NCBI GenBank assembly: GCA_951406725.2
Contig: OX597831.1
Location: forward strand, 24,986,001 to 25,050,000
Length of the DNA stretch: 64,000 nucleotides
DNA from: Octopus vulgaris
Taxonomy: Eukaryota
Reading direction: 5' to 3'
Shown here: one piece after another, positions 26,020-38,916 of the stretch
How positions within the stretch are numbered: position 1 is the first letter of the stretch
How the letters are laid out: every line of letters begins with the position of its first letter
Program-made: the position numbers and the translations under genes
Notes under the pieces: generated by a model
Databases searched by the model: none
What the model was told of the DNA's origin: nothing
The model's input: the letters and a program-made list of their open reading frames with translations, nothing else

Positions 26020-26251
26020 ATTTCTTTACTACCCACAAGGGCCTAAACACAGAGGGGACAAACAAGGACAGACAAACGGATTAAGTCGATGACATCGACC
26101 CCAATGCATAACTGGTACTTAATTTATTGACTCCGAAAGGATGAAAGGCAAAGTCGACCTCGGCGGAATTTGAACTCAGAACATAACGGCAGATGAAATA
26201 CCACTAAGCATTTCGCTCAGCATGCAAGCATTTCTGCCAGCTCGCTGCCTT
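26020..26251 (-). mobile_element. SINE family B (tail type a) with 17-bp TSD
   Basis: ACCTGACACCAGTATAT at 26003-26019 and 26262-26278. Confidence 0.92.
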
Positions 26252-27714
26252 AGTGTAATATACCTGACACCAGTATATTCACAGACATTGCTGTCAAAAT
26301 GCAAAAAGCTTGAGCTGATATCACAAGAGATCTTGTCCAAAACTCCTACTATTCCATCAACCTACTACCCAGGATTGAAACTTTTTTTTTTCATTGAGCT
26401 CAGAACGGTGAAACAAATGTTGCAAGATATTTCATTCAATGTGCCAACAACCCAGGAAATATGCAGCATGCTTTTGCAGAGCACCAACCTCTACAAGAGA
26501 TTTATGGGTGGATGGATTGATGGACAAATGAACAAATGGATCGATACATGATGATCAGATGGATTGATGTATTGACAATCATATGAAGAAATGGATGATG
26601 GATGGATGGATTAGAAGCTGAAGCTTCTTGGGCTGTAACAGGAATTTCCCATTCTGATTGTCAAAGGATATAGTTATGTTATGTGTGTGTGTGTATTTGT
26701 CAAAGAGAGAGAGAAAATGAGCGTTTGTAAATGAATTATTGTATTTTTATATTATTTCACTGGTTTTGGTCATGCTAAGCCATACTGAGACACAACCATC
26801 AGTGATTTTGGTCAATTATATTGATCCTAGTCTGCTAGGCATTATATCAGTTTCTATCTGATGGCTAAATTCACTTATTGGGTTTAAGTTCCTTTAGAAA
26901 GTTGCCTGTTTCGGGGAATAAATATCCTGAAGAATTTAGACTGTTTTTCACTGATAGATGTAAACACCTAAACATATCCATGGTTATATATTCGCTGAGA
27001 GTGAGAGCGGGCCTGAGTATGCAAAGAAAACATTCATGAATCATATGTCTATTTGTTTTTTTTTATATACTTATTTATCGTTTATCCTTCAGTGTTTATG
27101 TGTGTGTGTATGTGTGTGTGTGTATGTGTATGTGTGTGCATGAGCATGTTTCTATTCCTATCTGTCTATTTACTTGTCTGTTTCCATATTTCTGTAAACC
27201 TATATATCTACCTATCGACCAGTCATTTATTCGTTTATCTGCTCTTTGTCTGACCCCCTCTCTCTCTCTCTCCCTTCTCTCTCTCTCTTATTTTTTTTTC
27301 CTTTCACTGTGTGTCTTTGTCACAAAGTCACAACTCTTACCCCCACCCCTGTAAATCATGTAACCACCACCCGACAAACAATAAGCCCCTCCCATCTATC
27401 AACTCATTCAATCACTCCCAAAGACAGACCATGAAAGATCAAGCTAATGAACTCCTATTTAGAAAGAAAAATAAAACTGATTATGTTTGTGTTTTTTTAA
27501 GTCAATTGCTTTTGTTTGTTTTTTTTATTTGTTTGTTTTTATCTGTATCAAAGAAAATATTGTTTTTTGGTTTTTTTTGTCTAGGATCCACTTCAGAATG
27601 CCTAAATGAGATATGAGATATTAAAATCAATCTAACTCCCACTAGTATATTACTGGTACTCATTTTTCCTGCACCAGAATAGTAAAACACAAAATCAACT
27701 CTGATGATTTGAAT

Positions 27715-27941
27715 TTAACCCTTTAGTATTTAAACCGGCCATATCCGGCCAAAATAGCTTATCTGTTTTATGTTCAAACTGACCAGATCCAGGCTCTCAC
27801 ACCTACCCTACAATGTTATTCTACATAAAGTAATTACACCATCAAGATCTTGAAGATATGAGATAAAGCATGATTAATTCAAATCAATGGGAATCAATAA
27901 GCATTATGTTTGATTGAATAATCAGAACACTAAAGGGTTAA
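27715..27941 (+). mobile_element. Intact piggyBac-type MITE
   Basis: TTAA|CCCTTTAGT ... ACTAAAGGG|TTAA. Confidence 0.88.
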
Positions 27942-28153
27942 AACTGAAAATGATGGCAATTATGTCTTAGCTGCCTTCACTATTCACTTCTTTCATGGTT
28001 GTCATCACTGCAGTCTTTAATCTCATGGCCATCACCACTGCCATCTTTAGTTGCATGACCATTACCATTGTTTTCTTAAGTTTTTTGTCTTGTAGCTATT
28101 TCTTCTCTTATTATTGACATGGTCACTACCATTGCAAAGACAAAAGAACAGGA

Positions 28154-28532
28154 ATCATCATCATCGTTTAACGTCCGTTTTCCATGCTGGTATGGGTTGG
28201 AGGGTTTGACTGGGGTCTGGCAAGCCAGGAGGCCACACCAGGCTCCAATCTGATCTGGTAATGTTTCTACAGCTGGATGTCTTTCCTAATGCCAAACACT
28301 CCAAGAGTGTAGTCTGTGCTTTTTATATGCCACCGGCACAGGAGCCAGTCAGAGCGAGGGGGCTGGCATCAACCATGTTCGGACGGTGCTTTGTATGTGC
28401 CACTGGCACGGGGAGTCAGTCAGGTGGCACTGAACAATGACCCACACATGAATGGTGCTTACTGCATGCCACCAGCACGGGGAGCCAGTCAGGCAGCACT
28501 GGCATCAGCCACAACTACAATTTCCATTTGAT
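28154..28532 (-). mobile_element. Family C element (internal minisatellite, (GAT)n tail)
   Basis: catcatcgtttaacgtccgttttccatgc...tacagctggatg...ttcctaatgccaa plus repeated ggtgct..atgccac units. Confidence 0.88.
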
Positions 28533-28760
28533 TGTGGTTTGATTAGATTTTGATCATAATAATAAAGTACATTTCTTATAAAACCATGCCACACATGGGA
28601 CAAAGTATTGAATGTCAATCTCATAATGCTGAGCTATATGAAGGAGATGATGAAGCACTGAGATATGTGATACATTGTTGTACTCAAGCAGACTTGCCCA
28701 CAACAACAGAATTGAGATCCTAAACCAAGGTGTTATGTAAAGGGCATTGCTGTAGATGCT

Positions 28761-29135
28761 TTGTTTGTTGTTTGTTGAGCAAAGCGGTCTTCGTCCCAGT
28801 AGTGGGAGAAAGTCCAAAATGTGGTCCTTTGCTATTCATAAGACCTGCAGAAGAGAAAGCAGGTCAACCCCGACACTGAGAACATCGATTGATGGATGAA
28901 TGTGCATCCAGGCTCAGCGGTTGTGTAGGAAGTCGGGGACAAGAAACAGGTAGAAAGAGTGAGAGAAAGTTGGAGCGAGAGAGTACAACAGGGGTCGCCA
29001 CCAGCCCCTGCCGGAGCCTGGTGAAGCTTTAGGTGTTTTTGCTCAATAAACACACAAAACGGCCGGTCTAGGAATCGAAACTGTGATTCTCTGACTGCAA
29101 GTCCATTGACCTAACCACTGGGCAATTGTGCCTCC
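28761..29135 (-). mobile_element. SINE family D variant (tRNA-Arg-like head, alternative 3' tail ending in (CAAA/CAA)n)
   Basis: About the first 190 nt match 52420/63006, then the sequence diverges; 16-bp TSD ca(t/c)tgctgtag(a/g)tgct at 28745-28760 and 29135-29150. Confidence 0.9.
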
Positions 29136-29150
29136 ACTGCTGTAGGTGCT

Positions 29151-29453
29151 GGTTTTGTGTTAAAAGCACTGGTGCTAGCTCCATGTAAAAACCACTTAAA
29201 AAATATTGGTGATGGTACTAGTGCCATATAAACTGTATTGGTGATGGTGTCACATAAAAAGCACTGGTGATATTGCCATGCAAAAAGTACCACGTACACT
29301 CTGTAAAGTGGTTGGCATTAAGAAGGGCATCCTGCCATAGAAACTAAGTGAAAACAGACTATGGAACTAGGTACAGCCCTTAACCACTTCCTATCAAGCT
29401 GTCCAACCCATGTCAGTATGGAAAATGGATGTTAAATGTTGATGAAGATGATG
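29151..29453 (+). mobile_element. Degenerate family C element
   Basis: taaaaagcac units, gtaaagtggttggcattaagaagggcatcc, aacccatgtcagtatggaaaatggatgttaaatg. Confidence 0.8.
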
Positions 29454-30085
29454 CCAACTTCAGTGATTGCTGTAGTTGATGTTTTAACCTCATATTGAGC
29501 AGTTCTAGAATTAAAAAAATGTTCCCACCAAGCCCGTTTCTCCTTTTACTTCGACACAGTATATTTCAGATTGCATTTACCAGTACAAGCTTTCTTCATT
29601 TTAAGAAGGTAGTACAACCTTTCTTCATTTCAAGTGACCATGTATGAGTTTTAGTCAATTGATCTGATTGCAAGTGAGTAAAGTACAATTTTGTGTCTTC
29701 TAGGTTTACAAAACATTAAAAATAAATAAATAAATACTAAATACTAAATATCTGTTTTTGATCTCATCTTGCTAGATTCTTGATGTGAAATTATATGTCA
29801 GAATAGATATTATCATAGCATGGGTAGATATGATAGTAACCAATGCATGTGTTTTTATTGGAAAAATAATCTTCCCAAGGTACAAACACAAATATTAAAC
29901 TGTTTTCTTCTTTTTTAATATGTTTAAAATTGGTTGATTAATCCTATTCATGTGAGACCGACTGAGAGTCATAGACAGGGGAAGAAAAGGGGACTATTTA
30001 TAAAAGATACAAAAAGAATAAAAGGGTCAGTATTTAAGATTCTACAAAAAAAGTATCTGTATCTCAATAGGTATAGAACATTATG

Positions 30086-30130
<45 letters not shown>

Positions 30131-30459
30131 CCACCCACGCTAGCATGATGATGATGCATGTTTGTGTGTGTGTGTGTGTGTATGACTTCTTGAAGAGAAG
30201 GTCCCTTTTATCTTCTATCACAAACATATGTTGAAAGACAGGCCATATCCTCAACATGCTAAGGATTAAATCGACATTAGTTGTACCACAAGAGACCACT
30301 ATCAGATTCGTCAGACTGTTTATCATTATAAGTATATGTATATATATATATCTATGATATATATATATGTATGTATATATATATATGTATATTTATATAT
30401 ATATAAATAATATATATATGTATATATGTCTATGATATATATATGTATGTATATATATA

Positions 30460-30508
<49 letters not shown>

Positions 30509-30529
30509 GTATATATAAATACATTTATA

Positions 30530-30617
30530 TGAATTTCAACATACATAGAAAATAACACACACACATATATATATATATACATATGTGTGTGTTATTTTCT
30601 ATGTATGTTGAAATTCA
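30530..30617. repeat. Perfect ~34-bp-arm inverted repeat around a (TA)n loop
   Basis: tgaatttcaacatacatagaaaataacacacaca / tgtgtgtgttattttctatgtatgttgaaattca. Confidence 0.93.
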
Positions 30618-31061
30618 AATAGTTTTTTGCAAAATCTTTAATACTAAACCTTTATTACTAATCTTGAATACTTTGTGTGAGTGTGTGTGTGTATAAACAT
30701 ACATATGTGTGCGTGTGTATATATATATATGTGTGTGTGTGCATGTGTGTATTTGTGGATTGGGGCATGTATGCATGTATATGAATATATATGTATATAC
30801 CTATATATGCATACACTTGCAAGCACATATGCACACATATATATTATGAAAAATTTCAGTGTAAACAAGTGGAGAAAAATAGAGTATACTCAATACTGAA
30901 AATAGAGTGTGAAAATGTTTATTAATATTTTGTGACTTCAAAATTTGTTACCCTGAATTTCACATTTCTAATCATTGAATGAGATTTGTAAGCCATACAA
31001 AAATATTTTTGAAAATGTAAACAACAATATTATAAAGTAGTGACAACTGTTCAAAGTAAAG

Positions 31062-31300
31062 TTACCTTTTCAAGTCATGCTGACTCATAAGAACCAGTTT
31101 CCTAGTTTCATGGTGAATATATTCAGCACCCGGATGGGATGCCAGTCCTTCACAGGGTAACTCATTTTTGCCAGCTAAGTGGACTGGAGCAACGTGAAAT
31201 AAAGTATTTTGCTCAAGAACACATGTTGCCTGGTCCAGGAATTGAAACTACAATCTTAGAATCATGAGTCTAATACTTTTATCACTAAGCCACATGTCCT
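31062..31300 (-). mobile_element. SINE family E (tRNA head plus CORE-like domain)
   Basis: Minus strand: gtggcttagtg..gtttcaattcctggacc..gtgttcttgagcaa..ttgctccagtccacttagctggcaaaaatgagt. Confidence 0.82.
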
Positions 31301-31408
31301 TACAGGTTACAATTGTTTAGCATTGTGAGATACAGAGCGATCTTGTTAGGGGTGATATTGTGAAAAAATGTGGTTAGCTGTTGAGTGGATACAATTTCAA
31401 GTCTAAAG

Positions 31409-31606
31409 CAGTGGTTTTTGCCTGCAACATCCTGTGCTGCATGTGGCCCTCCAGCAACCTTCCAGTTGCCTTCAATAGTCTTTCTTCTATAAATAAAAAG
31501 AAATTTTCTTTTATTAATTAGAGTTGTACTCTTTTTGGGTGTGACATCCCACCAAAAATCCAAGTTTTGGATCTGAACCAGGTATTTGAAAAGTTAAAAA
31601 TCCCTG
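31409..31606. mobile_element. Decayed hAT/Charlie-type MITE
   Basis: cagtggttttt ... aaaaatccctg ends; flanks gtctaaag/atctagaa resemble the Charlie NTCTAGAN target; internal gcatgtggccc. Confidence 0.55.
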
Positions 31607-31794
31607 ATCTAGAATGTCCATTAATCTTCAGAAATAGCAGTCAAATACTTCTCAAATCCTATTCTACTGAATTAAATAAGGAAGGAAACATTAGACAATA
31701 TAGTCCTAGATAATCTTCAAAAGCAGAGTGATTGAAATACCTTTTATCATGGGTCATATCAATCTTGGATAACAGGGACTAAATAATCCTGTCT

Positions 31795-31992
31795 ATTAAA
31801 GGCAGAAATTTTGGGGAAGGAGGCATGTTGATTACATTGACCCTAAGGCATAACTGGTACTTATTTCATCGATCCCAAAAGAATGAAAAGCTAAGTCGGC
31901 CTCAATGAAATTTGAACTCAGAATGTAAAGGTGGACAAAATAGCATCAGCGTTTCATCTGGCATGCTAACGATTCTGCCAGCTCACCACCTT
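31795..31992 (-). mobile_element. SINE family B (tail type b)
   Basis: actggtactt..tttgaactcagaatgtaaag..gattctgccagctcaccacctt. Confidence 0.85.
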
Positions 31993-32444
31993 TACATAAT
32001 AATATATATCATAAGCCAATGAGACTCAACATAGTCATTCAAAGTGCTAGAAACATCAGCCAAGCCTCATATTCATCAGTTACCTCAACACCAAACAAGG
32101 AAGGACACATATAGTAACGTAGTCTAAAATCCATTTGTAAAGATGGATTGGTCATGGCTGGATTGCCTTTGCAAATAGGTCTGCTGCTGGATCAGTGCTG
32201 ACTCATGGGAAGTTAAATAACTACAAAAACAGCAATCCTTAGCTTTATAATTATGAGTCCAGTAAATATGGACTGAATCTCTAAACATTGTATCTCCAAC
32301 AATATTGTGTGAAGATGCTTTGATAATATATACGATGGTGCTCCAGAATTGCCACGGTTAGAATGGCTTAAACTAGTGATTCTTAACCAGTTCTTTTGGT
32401 AGTGTCCTTTTAAGTAGTTCTTATGCCAAGCACCCACCTAAATT

Positions 32445-32785
32445 AGGGTAAGGGTAAAGACACTCTGTGGTTATGAATGACCATGGGATTGCCCCGGCAA
32501 AGTTACTCTCCAAGGCACAAGTCCAGGCAAGTTTGTTTATGGAAGACCAGCAATCACTCATGCATACCAGCCTACCGTCACCACACCACCAATGTTATCC
32601 AAGGGAAATACAAAGGCCAATACAGCTTGGCACCAGTGATGTCACAACTCATTTCTACAGCTGAGTGAACAGGAGCATCATGAAATAGTCTTGCTCAAGA
32701 ACACAACAGACAGCCTGGTCCAGGGACTGAACTCACTACTTCATGATTGGATGCCTGATGCTGTCACCACTGAGCCATGTGTGCC
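32445..32785 (-). mobile_element. SINE-E-related element with a different 3' tail
   Basis: Shared core cagctgagtgaacaggagca..tgaaat..cttgctcaagaacaca; distinct tail related to 25880-26015. Confidence 0.75.
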
Positions 32786-33019
32786 ATGTGTCTTCACAAA
32801 AAGTAACTTAGCATGCATGATAAATTTTTTATTTTTCTTCCCAGTGCCTGATGAGATCTCATCTCATCTTATCTTAATAAACATTACTAGTTTTATCATG
32901 TTTAATATAATTACAAGAATAGGTAAAATTTAGTATGTTAATTATATTGTCACACCGCCCCCTAAACCATAATGTCACCTTCAATATGCTTGGTGTCCCA
33001 TTCAGGATAATATCACCCA

Positions 33020-33231
33020 GGGTGGCGAGCTGGCAGAAACGTTAGCATGTCGGGCGAAATGCTTAGCGGTATTTCGTCTGTCTTTACGTTGTGAGTTCAA
33101 ACCCCACCAAGGTCGACTTTGTCTTTCATTCTTTCGGTGTCAATAAATTAAGTACCAGTTCCATACTGGGGTCGATCAAATCGACTGGCCCTCTCCCCAA
33201 AAATTTTGGGCCTTGTGCCTAGAATAGAAAA
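33020..33231 (+). mobile_element. SINE family B (tail type b)
   Basis: ggtggcgagctggcagaaacgttagc...ggccttgtgcctagaatagaaa. Confidence 0.92.
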
Positions 33232-33632
33232 GGAAAATGTTGAGAACCTCTGGCTTAAACAATCTGAAAAACTGACGACCAACGGTAGGAAATAAGTTTC
33301 TCAGGAGGAAATAGCTACATTAGAATAAAATTTTAAAGATCCTGAAAGTTTTAAGAGAAGATAAAAAAATTAAATGACTTTATAATAATCTAATATATTA
33401 TTAAATGGCTGTTTATTTTCCTTTCAGACAATCCTTTTCACTAAAACACTTCTCTAAAAAATATATAATGTTGTGTTAAAATCACTCTACATAAGATATG
33501 AATGTAGGAAATAACTCGACTGTCACAGTAAATGAAATATAGCCATAAGGATGGCTGGGGAAAAAAAAAACAACACATTATAAAAGAGAATATATGTATG
33601 TGTGTGTATATGTATATATGTATGCACACACT

Positions 33633-33678
<46 letters not shown>

Positions 33679-33886
33679 GGTAGGTGTATATATCTCTGTA
33701 TGTGTGTATAAATATATATATGCATATATATATATAAATATATATTTATTTATTTATAAACATATTTTTGTTTGTGTATATCTGTATATTCGAGTATACA
33801 TACATATATATATATGCAAACATAGATACATAAATATATTATATATATATAATTTATATTATAAATATATATTTATAATAAATATA

Positions 33887-33956
33887 TTAGCTCAGTTGCT
33901 TAGAGAGTGTCATGCTGATAACACAAATGTTGTGGGTTCAGGCCCCATACTGGCCA
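33887..33956 (+). pseudogene. tRNA-Ile-derived pseudogene (anticodon reads GAT; 5' acceptor arm lost)
   Basis: TTAGCTCAGTTG(C)TTAGAG..GCTGATAAC..GGGTTCA..CCCCATACTGGCCA aligns with eukaryotic tRNA-Ile(AAT), with CpG-type decay. Confidence 0.85.
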
Positions 33957-34040
33957 ATCCAATATAAATATATATATAAACATATGTATATATATATATT
34001 ATAAACACACACACACACACATAGATGTAAATATATAAAC

Positions 34041-34086
<46 letters not shown>

Positions 34087-34195
34087 ATAGATATATATAA
34101 ATAAATATATATATATATATAGACATAGATATATACAGGTAAAAACATATGTATATATATATAAATACTCACACACACACACATATAGCCTCAAT

Positions 34196-34314
34196 ATCAT
34201 TTAGCATCTGCTTTCCATGCTGGCATGGGTTAGATGGTTTGACTGAAACTGGTTAGCCAAAGAGCTGCATCAGATTCGGCATGGTTTCTACAACTAGATG
34301 CCTTTCCTAATGCC
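34196..34314 (-). mobile_element. Family C 3' fragment
   Basis: tttccatgctggcatgggtt...ctagatgcctttcctaatgcca. Confidence 0.8.
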
Positions 34315-34350
<36 letters not shown>

Positions 34351-34920
34351 ATGTATATTTCTGTATGTGTGTGTGTGCATGTATATATATTTGTTTGTGT
34401 ATATACATAGAGAGACAGCAAGACAGACAGATAGCTATGTTAATATATATACATAAGTAGACAGATCTCTATGTGCATACACACACACACATACACATAA
34501 ATCTGTGTGTGTGTGTGTACATATGTGTCAGTGTGTGTATACTTTATACGATATATAAATACCTATACATTATGTATAATCCATGACTCAAACAGGCACT
34601 TGTATACTTGTTAACAGAGTGCATATATCAATAAATATTTCTACAATACAGCATTATAGGTCCATTTTAGCTAATTTTCCAAATTAGTTTTATGCTCAAG
34701 AGTTTGTTTAAATCTCAGTTCTGACACTCAGAATGCTTCCTTATGATAAATGCTAGGACAGGGTTTTACTCAAACTCTCATATAGAGAAACCAGTTGGTA
34801 AAATTGGGTTAAATGGATCTATAACATTGGAGTGTGTAAATATTAAGGTATGTTTCTATGTATATGTGTGTATTGTATGTATGTGCTAATGAAGTTCATG
34901 AGCTAATTGTGTCAAATTCG

Positions 34921-35397
34921 ATGACAGCACCCCATAACTGGCATCCGTGCTAGTGGAGTGCTAAGAGCACCATCCAAGTGTGATCATTGCCAGGGCCGCT
35001 GACTGACTCCCATGCCAGTGGCATGTAAAAAGCACCATTCGAGCATGATCGTTACCAGCATTGCCTTACAAGCACTTGTGCTGGTGGCACGTGCAAAACA
35101 GCATTCGAGCAAGGTCGTTGCCAGTGCCACTGGACTGGCTCCTGTGCAGGTGGGACATAAAAAACACCACTTGAGCATGGCCGTTGCCAGTACCACCTGA
35201 CTAGCTCTCGTGCAGGTGGTACATAAAAGCACCCACTACACTCTCGGAGTGGTTGGCATTAGGAAGGGCATCCAGCTGTAAAAACTCTGCCAGATCAGAT
35301 TGGAGCCCGGTACCGCCATCTGGTTCACCAGTCCTCAAACCGTCCAACCCATGCCAGCATGGAAAGTGGATGTTAAACGATGATGATGATGATGATG
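34921..35397 (+). mobile_element. Family C element, ~5 units of 66 bp
   Basis: Units near 34950, 35014, 35081, 35147, 35213; ggcattaggaagggcatccagctgta; (GAT)n tail. Confidence 0.9.
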
Positions 35398-35492
35398 TAC
35401 TTAACTAATGCTTTGTTCTGATGCATATGTACAGTGAGTTCTACAGCAGATCATTATCATTATTATTGCAATGCTTAAGTGAAATATTGATT

Positions 35493-35700
35493 TCAAATTT
35501 TGGCACAAGGCCAGCAATTTTGGCTTTGGTGTTAAATTGATTAAATCAACATGACCCCAGTGTTCAAATGGTTCTTTGTTTATCGACACTAAAAGATGGA
35601 AAACTAAGTTGACCTAAGCAGATTTTGTGTTCAGAATGTAAAGCCAGACAAAATGCCCTAAGAATTTTGCTCTGTAATGTTTCTGCCAGCCCACCACCTT
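35493..35700 (-). mobile_element. Degenerate SINE-B (tail type b)
   Basis: ggcacaaggccagcaattt...cagaatgtaaag...ctgccagcccaccacctt. Confidence 0.8.
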
Positions 35701-35706
35701 CCCCAA

Positions 35707-35750
<44 letters not shown>

Positions 35751-35764
35751 TATATATAATAAAT

Positions 35765-35995
35765 AAAGCCCAGCCAGGCTCATGGGCCCTGTTTCCTGGT
35801 TGCAATGGCATATGTGTTCCCCAGCTGGATGGGACACCAGTCCATCGCTGCATTACTCATTTTTGCCAGGGGAGTGGACTGGAGCAACATGAAATGAAGT
35901 GTTTTGCTCAAAAACACACGTTGCCTGGTCCTGAAATCGAAACCACAATCTTACCATCATGATGCTGACACCCTAACCACTAGGTCACGTGCCTC
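35765..35995 (-). mobile_element. SINE family E
   Basis: Collinear with 31062-31300. Confidence 0.85.
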
Positions 35996-35996
35996 G

Positions 35997-36043
<47 letters not shown>

Positions 36044-36174
36044 TGCATGTATATATACTTCTAGCATAATAGAAGTTGTGCTTCCAACCAGCATGTCAGA
36101 GAAAGCTTTAATATTACTAAGTGCAATAGTCAGTGTGAAACCATTGGTAACATTTTGACCAATTATATCCATAA

Positions 36175-36566
36175 CGCAGGAGTAGCTTGCTAACCAACCA
36201 CATGGTTTCGGGTTCAGTCCCACTGCGTGGCACCTTGGGCAAGTGTCTTCTACTATAGCCTCAGGCCGACCAAAGCCTTGTGAGTGAATTTGGTAGATGG
36301 AAACTGAAAGAAGCCCGTCGTATATATATGTATATATATATATGTGTGTGTGTGTTTGTGTGTCTGTCTTTGTACCCCTAGCATTGCTTGACAATTGCTT
36401 GGTGTGTTTACGTCCCTGTCACTTAGCGGTTTGGCAAAGGAGACCGATAGAATAAGTACTGGGCTTACAAAGAATAAGTCCCGGGTCGATATGCTCGACT
36501 GAAGGTGGTGCTCCAGCATGGCTGCAGTCAAAATGACTGAAACAAGTAAAAGAGTAAAGAGAGTAA
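36175..36566 (+). mobile_element. SINE family A with the A box deleted
   Basis: cgcaggagtagcttgc lacks ggctgtgtggtaagt (deletion between AGT repeats). Confidence 0.9.
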
Positions 36567-36956
36567 CCAGGATTACACAACCTGACAATACAAAAATATA
36601 ATTGTTCTATTTCTCCCTTAGACTGGGCTGTTTAACTAATAATTTATCTACATTTATATAGAACAAGAGGTAAAAGAGCTAAATAAAACCAGGCAGATAT
36701 CTTGAAAGCACTCGGGTTTAAAGCAAACTAGGGTTACCTTGATAACATTGGGTTAGCATAAATTTTCAGACATACTGGTTTGACTGACAACTTGTACCGC
36801 TTTTTCTATATCTAATGATGCCCTCACAATAGGTATGATTGTTGGTAATGTATAGGGTAACCATCAATTAAAGATGTGATTTTGTTCATTCTTGTTAATT
36901 TTGTCATATTTATATGTGTATGCGTGTATATATGTATGCATGTGTGTGTGTGCATA

Positions 36957-37040
<84 letters not shown>

Positions 37041-37042
<2 letters not shown>

Positions 37043-37298
37043 GTGCCGGTGGCACGTTAAAAGCACCAACTGATCGTGGCCGATGCCGGACCCCCTCCCC
37101 CTGGCACCTGTGCAGGTGGCACGTAAAAAGCACCCACTACACTCACGGAGTGGTTGGCATTAGGAAGGGCATCCAGCTGTAGAAACTCTGCCAGATCAGA
37201 CTGGAGCCTGGTGCAGCCTCCTGGCTTCCCAGACCTTGGTCGAACCGTCCAATCCGTGCTAGCACGGAAAACGGATGTTAAACGATGATGATGATGAT
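37041..37298 (+). mobile_element. Family C element, 2 units, inserted in (TA)n
   Basis: ggtggcacgt..aaaagcacc twice, then the conserved 3' body and tail. Confidence 0.9.
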
Positions 37299-37313
37299 GT
37301 ATATGTATATATA

Positions 37314-37357
<44 letters not shown>

Positions 37358-38099
37358 CATCTTTGTATACACACACTTATATATGTATGCATGTGTATAT
37401 GTTTATATATATATACACACAGAGCATATACATATATGTTTGCATACATACATCTATATATACACACATATTTACATACGCACATATATATGTAAACATA
37501 TGTATGTAGATAGATGTGGATACGTGGATATATGAAGAATTATATCCATTAGCAATCATTAAGGTTTGATGAAATTCTTGTTGTCCATTATGTCCTTGTT
37601 GGTTGGTCGGCTGGCTGGCTGGTTGGTTGGTTGATTGGTTGGTTCATTCATTCTGTCTAAAAACTACTACTGAAATAAATCAAATATAGCTAAATAATTA
37701 AAGAACATTTTTGTTTTGGGGTTTTAAAAGAAACATTTTCCAAATTACAAAAGCATTATCATTATGTCTTCTTTTATAAACCCTTTCACATCTTGGGAGA
37801 AATTACAAACATCAATCATCCAGCACTTAAACAGTTCTTTATTTTATTATGTCCGGAAGGATGAAAAGTAAAGGGGTCCTTCGTCAAAGTTTGAACCCAG
37901 AACCTAAAGAGCCATAACATTTTCTGTTTTATACTTGTCTCCCCGTCAGCCTTACCCAATTAGGTTCTGTTGAGATTTTAGTATCTTTTGGCTTTATATT
38001 TTTTGTTTGGGTTACCCATCTCTTCTGTGTTGTATTCTTAAGATATTTCACATCAATGTTTTTTTCTTTAATATAACAAAAAAAAAAACATGATTTTTC

Positions 38100-38318
38100 T
38101 GTGGCCGTTGCCAGTACCGCCTGACTGGCCCTCGTGCCAGTGGCACATAAAAGCACCCACTACACTCTCGGAGTGGTTGGTGTCAGGAGGGCATCCAGCT
38201 GTAGAAACTCTGCCAGATCAAGATTGGAGCCTAGTGCAGCCATCTGGTTTGCCAGACCTCAGTCAAATCGTCCAACCCATGCCAGCATGGAAAGCGGGCA
38301 TTAAACAATGATGATGAT
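38100..38318 (+). mobile_element. Family C element, 5'-truncated
   Basis: One unit plus the conserved 3' body. Confidence 0.9.
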
Positions 38319-38916
38319 AGCACTTCAGTACTTGCCATTTTTTTATTTAGTCAAAGCTCAGTGCTGGTCAAATAGACCTATGAGCAATGGTCATTATTTT
38401 AAGGTGGCATGAAAGGATTTGAGGGATATTTGTTTCATATCATTCACAGATTTTGGCTGTTGCGATATCACTGTTGTTATTTAGCATGACTTCAGTTCTA
38501 ATAAATCAAACTGACCACAATATTTCAGCTAAAATAGACTTGACCACAATATTTCAGCTCTGCCCAAAGTTTCTTTCATTTCAATATGTGTGCTTCATTT
38601 GTTTCTCACATTTCAAGTCATAAAAAGTTATCATGGGCTGGGCCAACACTTCCCTCTTAATACATAAAACAACATACTCCACAAATGTTTTAAAAGTTCT
38701 TGGCTTCATTGTATTTTATGGTGTTTGCGTGATTCCCAGTTTGTGCGTGCAGCCCAAGTGCATCCCTGCAGTCCTGGTTTTAAGGATCTTACAGAGGTTT
38801 CAGATGTTGTTGCTGTTGTTTACCTCCACACTAGTCCCAATTCACCTCTGCTCAAAGGCCTTCTTCACATGTTTGTTTAGTCCTTTTTTTTTGTTTTATA
38901 GTGATTTTATTAGAAA

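Larger units (their letters stand above)
32374..33252. mobile_element. hAT-type non-autonomous element carrying two nested SINEs
   Basis: Perfect 8-bp TSD GCTTAAAC at 32366-32373 and 33253-33260; degenerate TIRs tagtgattcttaac / gttgagaacctctg. Confidence 0.78.
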
